Shown here piece after piece: positions 19,406 to 29,128 of a DNA stretch of 64,000 bases. Position 1 is the first letter of the stretch. Each line of letters begins with the position of its first letter. The translations under genes were made by a program, and so were the position numbers. The DNA is from Chloroflexota bacterium (GTDB lineage Bacteria; Chloroflexota; UBA11872), in assembly GCA_965262745.1 (NCBI GenBank), contig OZ253558.1:1858494-1922493 (forward strand), in the 5' to 3' direction. The notes under the pieces were generated by a model. The model was given only the letters and a program-made list of their open reading frames with translations. It did no database searches and was not told where the DNA came from.

Positions 19406-20344
19406 ATGGCAACTTGGTCCAAACTGATCTGGTTTGCCGCGCTCGCCGGCGGAGCGTGGGCGGCGACGCGCGGCCGGCCGCAACCCTTTGACGTCGCCAC
19501 ACATCTGGATGGCGGGACGCTGCGGCCGGTGAGGAACGGGCGGCTCTATCACCGCTCCGTCGGCGCCGGACCCGATCTGGTCATGCTGCCGGGGTTCGGC
19601 GGCAATGTCAGGACATGGGAGTTCATCACGCCGCCACTGGCGCAGACGCATCGCGTGCACTGGATCGACCTGCTGGGGCACGGCCTCTCCGACAAGCCGG
19701 CCACGGCGGACTACGGCGCTCAGGCGCAGGCTGAGCGGCTGGAAGAGCTGTTGAGTGCCGAAGGCCTGGACCGCGTCGTCATCACGGCGAGCTCGGCCGG
19801 CGGCCAGCCCGCGGTCTCCCTGGCCGCCCGCCATCCCCGCCGCGTGGCGGGCCTGGTGCTGGTCGATCCCTTCCTGGTCGCCGGTCCCTTCGTTCGACTG
19901 GGCATCTGGCTGAGCCAGCAGCTGCCGAGCACGGCGGGCACGATCTTGCGGAATCTGAGCGCGCAGCGATGGTACGTGCGCCTGGGCAACATGCTCGGGC
20001 GGCGGCATCCGTTCAGCGTGGACCGGGCAACGGTAGATCGCCAGTATCTGCCCTACGGCGCGCCCGGTTATTTCGATGCGCTGCCAGCGCTCCTGGCCGG
20101 CGTCGATCCTGCCCCGGCGCAGGCGGCGATCAGCGGCGTGCAGTGTCCGGTGCTGCTGATCTGGGGCGCCGCGGATCGACTGGCCGGCCGCGGTCAGGCC
20201 CTGGCCTTGGCGGCGAGCTTCGAGGACGCCGAGCCCGTGATCCTGGAAGACGCGGGCCACGTGCCTCAGGAAGAGGTGCCTGAACGGGTAGTTGCCTGCA
20301 TGCGGCCATTCCTGGAGCGGGTGCAGCGCGGGAGCCAGTCGTAG
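19406..20344 (+). CDS. Alpha/beta-fold hydrolase
   Basis: VMLPGFGG near the N-terminus, a nucleophile-elbow-like ITASSAGG, and C-terminal DAGHVPQEE. Confidence 0.75.
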   Translation: MATWSKLIWFAALAGGAWAATRGRPQPFDVATHLDGGTLRPVRNGRLYHRSVGAGPDLVMLPGFGGNVRTWEFITPPLAQTHRVHWIDLLGHGLSDKPATADYGAQAQAERLEELLSAEGLDRVVITASSAGGQPAVSLAARHPRRVAGLVLVDPFLVAGPFVRLGIWLSQQLPSTAGTILRNLSAQRWYVRLGNMLGRRHPFSVDRATVDRQYLPYGAPGYFDALPALLAGVDPAPAQAAISGVQCPVLLIWGAADRLAGRGQALALAASFEDAEPVILEDAGHVPQEEVPERVVACMRPFLERVQRGSQS

Positions 20345-20454
20345 AGCACCGAAGGTCAGGCACCGCCCGGGAATCGCGCGGCCGGGATGAGGCGAACGTC
20401 GCCGCCCTCACCGAGCTCGAGCAGCGCATCACCCACTGCCGGCGCTGTCCGCGA

Positions 20455-21087
20455 TTGGTGGCGTGGCGTGAGCAAACCGCGCGCGAGAAGCGCGCGGCCT
20501 ATCGCTCCGAAACGTATTGGGGGCGGCCGGTGCCCGGCTTCGGCGACCCAGCGGCCCGGATTCTCATCGTCGGTCTCGCGCCCGCGGCGCATGGGGGAAA
20601 CCGTACGGGTCGGGTGTTCACTGGCGATCGCTCGGGCGACTTTCTCTTCAGCGCACTGCACCGGGCGGGTCTTGCCAATCAACCGACGAGCACAAGGGCC
20701 GGAGACGGTTTGCAGCTGCGGAACGCCTTCGTCACCGCCACCGTCAGATGCGCCCCGCCCGGCAACAAGCCGACGACCGAGGAGCGCGAAAACTGCCGTC
20801 CTTACCTGGAGACCGAACTCGATTTGCTCCCCAACGTCCGCGTGATGATCGCCCTGGGGGGCTATGCCTGGTCGCAGGTCCTGCGCATCTGCCGCGCCCG
20901 CGGCGACCGACCACAAACTCCAGCACCGCGATTTGGCCACGGCGCGCACGTGCCTGTCGGTGATCGCGCCCTGCTCGGTTCGTATCACCCCAGCCAGCAG
21001 AACACGTTTACCGGTCGGCTCACGCCGGCCATGCTCGACGCCGTCATTGAACGGGCGGTGACGCTGGCAGGCGCGGCCGCGCCGTAG
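20455..21087 (+). CDS. Uracil-DNA glycosylase, family 5 (UdgB-like, 4Fe-4S); true 5-prime end lies upstream and is unresolved
   Basis: [22 protein letters not shown] motif and a downstream Cys pair (RCAPPG...ENCRPYL). The in-frame upstream sequence encodes [18 protein letters not shown], but there is no ATG/GTG/TTG between the stop at 20281 and 20455. Confidence 0.8.
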   Translation: MVAWREQTAREKRAAYRSETYWGRPVPGFGDPAARILIVGLAPAAHGGNRTGRVFTGDRSGDFLFSALHRAGLANQPTSTRAGDGLQLRNAFVTATVRCAPPGNKPTTEERENCRPYLETELDLLPNVRVMIALGGYAWSQVLRICRARGDRPQTPAPRFGHGAHVPVGDRALLGSYHPSQQNTFTGRLTPAMLDAVIERAVTLAGAAAP

Positions 21088-21088
21088 C

Positions 21089-21421
21089 TCAGGCGTCGCC
21101 GGGATCGGCGGTCGAGGAATCGGCCTCGCTCTTGGGCTCGCGGAATACGGCCGCCAGACTCCGACGCCGAGCCACGGCATAGACAACAAAGGCCAGAAAC
21201 ATCAGCAAGACTAGCGCGCCGAAGAGCGCAAAGGCCGCGGCCGCCGCGTACCAAAGCACCGACCAAAACACGACCAGCGGCACGACGGCGACGACCGACA
21301 GCAGCAGTGGCGCCAGCACGCCAAGCCGCACCCATCCCTTCACGGAGTGGGGTCGGAATCGCTCGCGCCAGCGCCTCGATGCCGACGGAGATTCAGTAAG
21401 CGCAGGCCACTTCGGCGACAC
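21089..21421 (-). CDS. Small membrane protein (2 TM), hypothetical
   Basis: A GTG lies 1 nt after the mnmG stop. Two long hydrophobic helices (LGVLAPLLLSVVAVVPLVVFWSVLWY..., FALFGALVLLMFLAFVVYAV). Confidence 0.4.
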   Translation of the reverse strand: MSPKWPALTESPSASRRWRERFRPHSVKGWVRLGVLAPLLLSVVAVVPLVVFWSVLWYAAAAAFALFGALVLLMFLAFVVYAVARRRSLAAVFREPKSEADSSTADPGDA

Positions 21422-21422
21422 G

Positions 21423-23552
21423 TCAGCGCACCGCGCTAACCGGCGCCCGCCGCGCCCTTCGCGCCGTGGCGGGCGGCATACATTCCGTCTGTGTCCGCGC
21501 GGCACCGTCACCGGCTTGCGGCGAAAGCGAGGACCCGTCCGTTGACGCAGTGGCGTCGGCAGAGCCCTCTCCGACCGAGAACCGCCTGAGATGGACGAGC
21601 AGCACCGCGATGTCCGCCGGGGTCACGCCCTCGATCCGCATCGCCTGACCGACTGTCGTGGGCCGGATTTTCTGGAGCCGAAGCCGCGCCTCGGTTCGCA
21701 TGCCGTGGATATCAAGGAAGCTGACCGCCGCTGGAATGCACGCCTGCTCCATCTCCCGCGCCCGGGCGACCTGCGCGGATTGTTGCCGCACATAGCCGGC
21801 GTAGCTCACGTCAAACTCCACCGCGGCGGCGGAGGCGGGCGAGACTGATGGAGCGCCACCCGCCAGGTCGGCGACGAGATCAAAAGAAACGCCCGGTCGA
21901 CGGAGGAAGTCGACGGCGGGCAGCGATTGCGTCACGGGCGGGAGGCCAAGCCGATCGAGTCGCGCCGCGATAGCCGGCGTTGCCGGAATGCGGGCACCCG
22001 CAAGCCACGCGTTGACTCGCCCAATCTCGTCTCGGGTCCGCTGAAGGCGGCGCACCCGGGCCGCACTGGCCAAGCCCACCCGATGACCAAGCTCGGTGAG
22101 CCGCATATCGGCGCTATCGTGCCGCAGCAACAAGCGGTATTCGGCCCGCGACGTGTGCAGACGATAGGGCTCGGTGAGGTCCCGACTCACCAGATCGTCG
22201 ATCATGACGCCGATGTACGCCTGATCGCGTCCAAGGATCACGGGCTCGCAGCCGCGAATGGCGCGGCAAGCATTGATGCCCGCCATGATTCCCTGTGCCG
22301 CCGCCTCCTCGTAACCGGTGGTGCCATTGATCTGGCCGGCGAGGAACAGGCCAACGGCGCGCTGCGTCTCGAGGGTGTGCGTGAGCTGGAATGGTCGAAC
22401 AAAGTCGTACTCCACCGCATAACCAAGACGGATGACGTGCGCGTGACGCAGCGCCGGTACGCTGTGGATCATCTCGATTTGCACCTCAGCCGGAAGGCTC
22501 GTGTTGGCCCCCTGCACGTAGACCTCCGGGGTGTCAAATCCTTCGGGTTCGAGAAACAGCGTGTGCGCCGGCTTGTCGGCAAATCGCACAACCTTGTCCT
22601 CGATCGAGGGGCAGTAGCGCGGTCCCGGCACCGTGATGGCGCCGTTGAACATTGGCGCGCGGTGCAGATTTGCGCGAATCACAGCGTGGGTGCGCTCGTT
22701 GGTGGTGGCGCGATAGCACGGCATTTGCAGCCGCCATCCGGGCGCGGGTACCTGGGGATAGGCCGGGTGCAGCGGCTGCGCCAACCGTTCCGCGGCCGGC
22801 ACGGGGTCGAAGCTGAAGTGCAGGGGAACCGTTGACCCGTGCTGCACCTCGGTTTGCGAAAAATCAATCGTGCGCGCGTCCAGCCGCGGGGGCGTGCCGG
22901 TCTTGAGTCGACCGAGATCAAACCCGTGGCGCGCCAGATCGTCGGCCAAGGCGGTGGCGGGCGCCTCACCCGCGCGACCACCGGGCGTCGACTCGTCGCC
23001 CCGGATCAGCCGCCCCTTGAGAAACGTGCCGGTGGTCACGATGACGGCGCGGGCCGTGTAGGCGCGCCCGTCTCCCGTGCGAACGCCGACGACCTGCCAG
23101 CACTGCTCATCGCGTGGGGAAAGCTGGCGCCATATCAGGCCCTCCACCGCGCCTGCCACGAGGTCGAGGTTGGGTTGGCATTCGAGCACCCGCCGCATGG
23201 CGACGCTGTAGAGCTGCTTGTCGGATTGCGCGCGCAGCGCGCGCACGGCCGGCCCCTTGCCCGTATTCAGCTCGCGAATCTGGATGAGCGTGCGGTCGGT
23301 GTTGCGGCCCATCTCGCCGCCCAGCGCGTCAATCTCGCGGACAAGATTTCCCTTGGCCGGACCGCCGATGGACGGATTGCAGGGCATCAGCGCTACGCCC
23401 GACTTGTCGAGGGTTAGCACCAGGGTGCGTGCCCCCATGCGAGCGGCGGCCAGCGCCGCTTCGCAGCCCGCATGACCGGCGCCGACCACGATGACGTCGT
23501 AGTCCGCCGCCGTTGGCATCGTCAGCGACGGCATTCGATCGAACTTGTCCAT
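21423..23552 (-). CDS. mnmG: tRNA uridine 5-carboxymethylaminomethyl modification enzyme MnmG (GidA)
   Basis: FAD motif YDVIVVGAGHAGCEAALAAARMG, plus NPSIGGPAKG and GQINGTTGYEEAAAQG. About 70 aa of low-complexity C-terminal tail. Confidence 0.93.
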   Translation of the reverse strand: MDKFDRMPSLTMPTAADYDVIVVGAGHAGCEAALAAARMGARTLVLTLDKSGVALMPCNPSIGGPAKGNLVREIDALGGEMGRNTDRTLIQIRELNTGKGPAVRALRAQSDKQLYSVAMRRVLECQPNLDLVAGAVEGLIWRQLSPRDEQCWQVVGVRTGDGRAYTARAVIVTTGTFLKGRLIRGDESTPGGRAGEAPATALADDLARHGFDLGRLKTGTPPRLDARTIDFSQTEVQHGSTVPLHFSFDPVPAAERLAQPLHPAYPQVPAPGWRLQMPCYRATTNERTHAVIRANLHRAPMFNGAITVPGPRYCPSIEDKVVRFADKPAHTLFLEPEGFDTPEVYVQGANTSLPAEVQIEMIHSVPALRHAHVIRLGYAVEYDFVRPFQLTHTLETQRAVGLFLAGQINGTTGYEEAAAQGIMAGINACRAIRGCEPVILGRDQAYIGVMIDDLVSRDLTEPYRLHTSRAEYRLLLRHDSADMRLTELGHRVGLASAARVRRLQRTRDEIGRVNAWLAGARIPATPAIAARLDRLGLPPVTQSLPAVDFLRRPGVSFDLVADLAGGAPSVSPASAAAVEFDVSYAGYVRQQSAQVARAREMEQACIPAAVSFLDIHGMRTEARLRLQKIRPTTVGQAMRIEGVTPADIAVLLVHLRRFSVGEGSADATASTDGSSLSPQAGDGAARTQTECMPPATARRARRAPVSAVR

Positions 23553-24373
23553 CTCGGGCTGCGATAGGCGCCGCCCGCTATAATTGGCATCAGTGTTGGC
23601 CGGCCGATCATTCCGTTGGTCGCACTCCGGAGCCCATTATCGTCACCAGCGGGCCTGACTTCACCACGCAGGTAGTCGACGCCTTTGTCGTGCCCACCGA
23701 AACTGGCGCCGCCCTGTTCATCGACGCCGACTATACGGCGCTCGACACCGCCAACGGGCCGGTGCAGCTGGCCATCTACAGTCCGTATGAGGTGTCTCCC
23801 GGCGAGGCCGCCGTGGTGCGTGCGCGTTTAGAGGCGGATCTCTTCAGCTATGCGGCATCGGCGGCGGGCTTTGGCCGGGCCTGGGCGCGTCACGCGCTGC
23901 TGGCGCTCCTCGAGCTCACGATCCTCGGGGTGCTCGTCGCGTTTCTGATCGCCAATCCATCACGCGTGGCGTTCATTGTGGGCTGGGCGCTTCCCTTTGG
24001 GTTCTTGATCGCCACTCGCTCAGCGCTGCGCGCCTTTGCCCACCGGAGAATCGGCGCACGCGCGCGCCGAATGCTGGAGTCCGGGGCTGTCATCGCCGAG
24101 CCGGCCATCGCCCAGTTTGGCGGCAGCTTGGCCCACGTGCGTGACATTTGGCGCGGGCTCGAGGAAGGCGCGTTTGCCCGCGACATCGTCGCCCTCGAGC
24201 TGGCCGCGGAGCGGCTGCTGCGCTGGCCCGGCGCCGTCACGTTCTATCGATCACTGCGGCTAGCCGAGGACCAATCGCGGCCGCGGCCTCCGCGGAGCCG
24301 GCTGGCCCGTCTGCTGCTGCCGGAACGGCCTGACGCGCCGCTGACGACGCTCGTCGCCCGGCCCCGCCCATGA
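23513..24373 (+). CDS. Hypothetical membrane protein P1 (soluble N-domain, TM hairpin, C-tail); start uncertain
   Basis: GC3-rich ORF with a TM hairpin, LLALLELTILGVLVAFLIA / FIVGWALPFGFLIA. The TTG at 23513 overlaps the divergent mnmG start by 40 nt, so the real start is probably further downstream. Confidence 0.5.
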   Translation: MASSATAFDRTCPSRAAIGAARYNWHQCWPADHSVGRTPEPIIVTSGPDFTTQVVDAFVVPTETGAALFIDADYTALDTANGPVQLAIYSPYEVSPGEAAVVRARLEADLFSYAASAAGFGRAWARHALLALLELTILGVLVAFLIANPSRVAFIVGWALPFGFLIATRSALRAFAHRRIGARARRMLESGAVIAEPAIAQFGGSLAHVRDIWRGLEEGAFARDIVALELAAERLLRWPGAVTFYRSLRLAEDQSRPRPPRSRLARLLLPERPDAPLTTLVARPRP

Positions 24374-25155
24374 TGCACCTGGTGTGCTGGGCAGTTCCGG
24401 TGCGCGGCGGCTACGTGCTGCGCGCCGATCAGGCGGCGCAGGCCGCCGTGCGGGCCGCCAACGGGCGCGGACCGCAGCTCGTCGATTGGGAGGTGACGAT
24501 CGTCCACCCGGGGCCGGCGGCGTTGGCCCCCGAGCGCCTCCGCCGGCAGGCGGTGCTGGCGATCGAGGCGGCCATGCGCCATGGGACACCGGTGCCGACC
24601 AAGGCTTCAGGACGCTTTTCCCGTCTGCGTCGCTCGTGGACGTCGCTCGCGCTCGGCGTAGCGCTGATAGCGGTTTCGGGAGCGCACTGGGTGTTCGCCC
24701 TGGCGGGGGCGTGGCTGCTGGCTGGGCGTCCCTGGGTCGCGGCGCTGCTCCGCATCGGCGCCCCAGAAGCACCCGCCACGGCCTGGACGGCCGCGCCTGT
24801 GCATGTCACGGCTGAGCCGCACACGGGTCTCGCGGAGGTCGCCGCCGCCCTCGAAGCCACGCCGGACGGCAGCACCGGCAACGGACTGGCGCTGGCGCAG
24901 GCCCTGACGCTCGGGCTGGATGAGGCAGCGGCCGTCTATGCGGCCCTCATCAAGTACCCGAACCCGATGGCGCTGTCAGTCGAGGTCGGCATGTGGATGC
25001 CGTCGGAGGCCGCGCACGACCCGGCGCTGGCCGCAGCATCCGCGGATGCCGACGCGATGCTCGAACCGCAGGCCGGCAGCGACCACGCTGGCGCGGCGCC
25101 CGAGCCCGCTGCCGGCGACGAGGCTTCCGACGACCCAATGGACGACCTGCCATGA
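24370..25155 (+). CDS. Hypothetical membrane protein P2 (N-domain, TM hairpin, acidic C-tail)
   Basis: ATGA start/stop overlap with P1. TM hairpin LALGVALIAVSGAHWVFALAGAWLLA. Acidic tail ending DEASDDPMDDLP. Confidence 0.55.
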   Translation: MMHLVCWAVPVRGGYVLRADQAAQAAVRAANGRGPQLVDWEVTIVHPGPAALAPERLRRQAVLAIEAAMRHGTPVPTKASGRFSRLRRSWTSLALGVALIAVSGAHWVFALAGAWLLAGRPWVAALLRIGAPEAPATAWTAAPVHVTAEPHTGLAEVAAALEATPDGSTGNGLALAQALTLGLDEAAAVYAALIKYPNPMALSVEVGMWMPSEAAHDPALAAASADADAMLEPQAGSDHAGAAPEPAAGDEASDDPMDDLP

Positions 25156-26054
25156 TCTCGTCTGAGGCGCGAAGTCTCGACATCCCCATGGACGTGGACC
25201 GATTTGCGGACAGTCTGCGGGGGAGCAAGTGGCGCGATATTCGGCGGACGCTTGGCGACATCTACGAGGTGCAATCGCTGTACGAGGGTCCGTTGCCGGG
25301 CCTGCCGCAAGCACAGGTGCTGCGCCTCTCATCCGGGGATCCCGACAGCCCGATACGGATTCTGATCGACGCCGTGCCGCTGAGCCTCTCGCGGCCGGTG
25401 CTCGTGGCCGGGCGCGCGGTGACCCGGGTCTTCACCTCACGCGCCCGCGAGCGAGCCGTCCTGCTCGATCAGATCGCGGTGCGGATTCACGTGATCGAGG
25501 TGGATGGCGATGCCGCCGATATCCCGCCACTGCCGCTGGCATCAGGACTCGACGGCGGCTTGCGGCTGGCGCATAGCGTCGCCAACGACGAGGCGTGGGG
25601 CGCGTTGCGCGCGTCGGTGCAACGGTTTCGGCCGACGCTGGCCATGGATCTCCGCGATGCCGGGGCGGCGGTGCCAGACGCGCATCTGGCTCTCATGGTC
25701 CACAGCCTGACGCATGCAGCCGACCACTTCGGCGCGGCGTCGCTTCCGGGCACCACGGAGGCCAGAGCCATCGCGCGGGACGTCAGGCGCCGAGGTATTT
25801 CGCCATATCGAGGGACGCCGCAAGAGCGCGCGTCGGCCGGGTTACGGATCCTGGGCGACGGCGCCCTGACTCGCATGAGTCCTCGCGACCCGTCGCGATC
25901 CGTCGCCAGCGTCGCGAGCGATATTGGGGCAGCCATCGGGATTACGGCGCTGGCGCTGGGGATGCAGGAGCTTGACCGGACGATCGCCCTCGTCGAGAGC
26001 GTCGCCGCGGGCGTGGATCAGTCAATCCACGAGTTTCGGCGGCTGGGGGCCTGA
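25152..26054 (+). CDS. Hypothetical protein P3 (mostly soluble, about 300 aa)
   Basis: ATGA overlap with P2, GC3-rich codons, no recognisable family. The ORF-track start at 24993 would overlap P2. Confidence 0.55.
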   Translation: MISSEARSLDIPMDVDRFADSLRGSKWRDIRRTLGDIYEVQSLYEGPLPGLPQAQVLRLSSGDPDSPIRILIDAVPLSLSRPVLVAGRAVTRVFTSRARERAVLLDQIAVRIHVIEVDGDAADIPPLPLASGLDGGLRLAHSVANDEAWGALRASVQRFRPTLAMDLRDAGAAVPDAHLALMVHSLTHAADHFGAASLPGTTEARAIARDVRRRGISPYRGTPQERASAGLRILGDGALTRMSPRDPSRSVASVASDIGAAIGITALALGMQELDRTIALVESVAAGVDQSIHEFRRLGA

Positions 26055-27569
26055 ATGGCTTCGACAGACCGTCCATCCGGCAGCGCTACCTTCGAGCGCG
26101 CGCGCCACGCCCCCAGCATGCCCATCGAGTACGCGCCGATCCCGGTCGGTCCAGACGACGGCATGCTCGTGGCGCACGACCGGCACCGCTTGAGCGATGC
26201 CTTCGTGCGAGGAATCCCCATCTCACGCACGCTGCGCATTGAGGGGCTTCCCGAGGACGTCGCCAGCGTTGCCCGCATCGAGGTTGGCACGATTCGCCGC
26301 TTGCGCCAGGCCGCCCAGGCGGCACAGGCGCGACGCTGGAGGGTCTACGTGGCGGCAGCCGGGCTGCCGTTTCTGACGGCGGCGCTGCTGGGATTGGTCG
26401 GTGTATGGCTAGGCACGCTTCCGATAATCGGCGAGCCGCTCGGCGCGTTCGTGGGCACGGCCGGCGGCAACGTGGGCGGGCTGCCCCTGGCGGCCGTCAT
26501 CGCGGCCTTGCCGTCCGTCTGGTGGATTCGACGCGTCCGCCGCGCCGCACGCGCCTCGCCGAACCTCAACCTGCGTCCGGATTCGGTCGCCACGAGCGAT
26601 CTGACCGTGCAAGCCGATCTGGGGCCCTTCGCCGCCGACGCCGGCGAGACGATGCGCGACATCGGCGGCATCCTCAGCGGCAATCCTCGGCCCGGCGGCG
26701 AGCAGGCGCATCGCCTGGCCACACGATTCAGCGCCCTGGCGCGCATTGCGGCGCGTCACGATGTGCCGTCCGTGGTTGCCTTTGCGGCCGACGCCAGCGA
26801 GCAGTTCCGCATCGCGTCACAGCCGTCCACACGGCTCATCCCCGGCCTGCGATTGCGCCGCCGGCCGGCCAGCGTGGCTCGGATTCTTGCCCCGTACCTG
26901 CAACGGAAGCCATCGCGAATCGCGCCGCGCGCGTCTCGCCTGCTGGGGGTAGCCAGCGGATTGGTTGTTGCAGCCGCCGCGTTTCTCGTCGCCGGCGCGT
27001 TTGGCATCAGAGGCGATGAAGCACTGCTGTTGCGATCGAACGAGGCCGCCGTCTTCCCATCGTCGGGCACGGTGCTGGCTCTGAGGCACGGGTTCGACGG
27101 TCCATCGGAGCCCAACGCAGGCACGCTCACGGTGGTGCAAGGCCCCGGGTTCTTCTGGGGCTGGCCACGGCCGATCACCGAACGCGAGTTCGTCCCGCTC
27201 ACCAACCGCGTTCTCGCGATCTCCGTGCCGTTCCCAGGAGACCCACCAGGCCAACGCCTGGACGTTGAGTTCCGCTACGAGATCGACGACCTGAAGTCAT
27301 TTGTCGCCACAATCGAATCCCTCGATGCGATCGACGCCGCGTTGGCGCGGGTTGTCTCCGAGGAATTGGCCGACGGGTTCGTAGAGCGGTACGAACAGGA
27401 AATCGCTGCGTCGAATGCTCTGCCGGCGCAGTTCATCGCCGCCGGGCTCCGCGAGGGCGTGAGCGAGCTGCTGGGCAGATTCGTCGAGTTCACGGAAGTC
27501 AACGACGTATTCGCGACGTTCGGCGTAACCCTGCGGCCGGACCCATCACACAGCTTCACGGGAGAGTGA
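26055..27569 (+). CDS. Hypothetical membrane protein P4 with a C-terminal SPFH/band-7-like region
   Basis: Starts directly after the P3 stop (TGAATG) and has three TM segments. The C-terminal about 170 aa (GDEALLLRS...GPGFFWGWP...RLDVEFRYEIDDLKSFV...) looks like an SPFH fold. Confidence 0.5.
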   Translation: MASTDRPSGSATFERARHAPSMPIEYAPIPVGPDDGMLVAHDRHRLSDAFVRGIPISRTLRIEGLPEDVASVARIEVGTIRRLRQAAQAAQARRWRVYVAAAGLPFLTAALLGLVGVWLGTLPIIGEPLGAFVGTAGGNVGGLPLAAVIAALPSVWWIRRVRRAARASPNLNLRPDSVATSDLTVQADLGPFAADAGETMRDIGGILSGNPRPGGEQAHRLATRFSALARIAARHDVPSVVAFAADASEQFRIASQPSTRLIPGLRLRRRPASVARILAPYLQRKPSRIAPRASRLLGVASGLVVAAAAFLVAGAFGIRGDEALLLRSNEAAVFPSSGTVLALRHGFDGPSEPNAGTLTVVQGPGFFWGWPRPITEREFVPLTNRVLAISVPFPGDPPGQRLDVEFRYEIDDLKSFVATIESLDAIDAALARVVSEELADGFVERYEQEIAASNALPAQFIAAGLREGVSELLGRFVEFTEVNDVFATFGVTLRPDPSHSFTGE

Positions 27570-27620
27570 GCACGGGCAGCACGGCCCCAGCGTTGCGCTT
27601 CCGCGGGCAATAATCCCTGC

Positions 27621-28328
27621 ATGGCATCGCTAGGCGAACAGCTGCGGACCGCCCGGGAGGCTGCCGCGCTTACCATCGAGGAAGCCGCCGTCGTGACGCA
27701 TATTCCGCGTGAGCACCTGGCAGCTCTGGAATCGGACAATTTCGCGTCGCTGCCAGGGCCGCCGTTCAACGCCGGGTTCATTCGCATTTACGCAGAGGCG
27801 CTGAAACTGCCCGTCGAGCCACTGCTCGAGATGTACTACGCGCAGGCGGGCGAGCAGTCGTCGGCGGTCGCCACGGCACTGACCCCCAACTTGGAGCGTG
27901 GGCGCCCGGTGACGCTGGCGGCCCTCCTGCTCACTGCCGCGCTTGGCGTCATCCTGGCCCTGCTGGTCGTCAACAACTTTGGCGGGCTGGGGGACAGCGG
28001 CGGCGCGGCGGATGGCGTCGACGCCGGTCCGCCCTCCACCGTCGCGCGCGGGGCCGTGTTCGAGTTGGTCGTCGTGAGCGCCACGCAGGTGCGCATCGAG
28101 GTCGATGGACGAACGCTTGTCGACGAGAGCCTGGAGCCCGGCGAGGCGCGGCAATGGAGCCTGGAGCGGGAAACGATGATTAGCGTCGGCGCGGCCGACG
28201 CCGTGACCCTAACCATCAACGGGCAGCCGGTGCCGCCACTTGCCCCCGCGGGCGAGCCGGCGGGGCATACGTGGCGGGTCGATATCCCGACGGCGCCCAC
28301 CGCCGTGCCGCGGCCCACGAGCAGCTAA
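27621..28328 (+). CDS. rodZ: RodZ-like helix-turn-helix membrane protein (HTH + TM + DUF4115-like C-terminus)
   Basis: N-terminal XRE-type HTH LGEQLRTAREAAALTIEEAAVVTHIPREHLAALE, then FNAGFIRIYAEAL, one TM helix, and a C-terminal beta-rich domain (VRIEVDGRTL...LTINGQPV). Confidence 0.65.
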   Translation: MASLGEQLRTAREAAALTIEEAAVVTHIPREHLAALESDNFASLPGPPFNAGFIRIYAEALKLPVEPLLEMYYAQAGEQSSAVATALTPNLERGRPVTLAALLLTAALGVILALLVVNNFGGLGDSGGAADGVDAGPPSTVARGAVFELVVVSATQVRIEVDGRTLVDESLEPGEARQWSLERETMISVGAADAVTLTINGQPVPPLAPAGEPAGHTWRVDIPTAPTAVPRPTSS

Positions 28329-28331
28329 GCC

Positions 28332-28925
28332 GTGGCGTCAGAACTACGAGGCTTCCGCTTCCCAATCGCACGGTGGCGCTCGTATGTGCCGAATGGCCTG
28401 ACGCTCGCCCGCGTCGGATCGATTCCGATCATCGTCTGGCTGCTGTTTTGGGACTGGTCGTTCTCCAACCAGACTGCCGGATTCGTCTTTGCCGCGGCTG
28501 GGGCCAGTGACGTCTTCGACGGAACGCTGGCGCGCCGCTTCGGCACGGGCTCGCAGCTGGGAATCTTTCTCGACCTGATCGGCGACAAGCTGCTTATCGC
28601 CGCCGTCTTGTTCACCATGGTCGAGCTGGATTGGATGCCGGGGTGGCTGGGCGCCAGCTTCGTCGCGCGTGAGTTTGCAGTCATGGGCTTGCGGGCGTAT
28701 GCCGGCGCTCAGGGCGTGACGGTGGGCGCCGGCCGTCTCGGCAAGGCCAAGATGATGTGGCAGTACATCGCGTTCAACGCGCTGATGTGGGAACGCACCG
28801 CAATGCCGTGGTTCCTGGTCGGCATGGCCCTGTTGCTGACGTTTGCCTCCGGCATCCACTACGCCGTGGGCGTCTGGCGAGGACTTCGCACCCGGCCCGC
28901 CCCGAATATCCCGGACGTGATCTAG
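28332..28925 (+). CDS. pgsA: CDP-diacylglycerol--glycerol-3-phosphate 3-phosphatidyltransferase (CDP-alcohol phosphatidyltransferase)
   Basis: CDP-alcohol motif DVFDGTLARRFGTGSQLGIFLDLIGDKLL in a polytopic 197-aa membrane protein. Confidence 0.85.
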   Translation: MASELRGFRFPIARWRSYVPNGLTLARVGSIPIIVWLLFWDWSFSNQTAGFVFAAAGASDVFDGTLARRFGTGSQLGIFLDLIGDKLLIAAVLFTMVELDWMPGWLGASFVAREFAVMGLRAYAGAQGVTVGAGRLGKAKMMWQYIAFNALMWERTAMPWFLVGMALLLTFASGIHYAVGVWRGLRTRPAPNIPDVI

Positions 28926-29128
28926 ACCGGTCGGATCTGCTTCGGCACGGGTAGCGAGCAACTCTGATCCAGGCGTGGGCCGCCCCGCTACGCGGCGGGC
29001 CGGACCACGCCCGCGGCCGCGGACGAGCGTCCTAGATTCCTCACTGCGTTCGGAACGTCGAATGGGGAGCCGTCGCGGTCCGAAGCCGGACTGGCTACCA
29101 TGGCGGCGGCCGGGATTCGTGAGGGGAT

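Noticed and set aside
19229-20260. 343-aa minus-strand ORF
   Set aside because: It is antisense to the alpha/beta hydrolase and is an Arg/Gln/Pro-rich shadow frame.
28926-29128. 203-bp gap after pgsA as a candidate small-RNA locus
   Set aside because: I could find no convincing hairpin/U-tract terminator, repeat or conserved motif. It is probably just a promoter region for the oxidoreductase operon.
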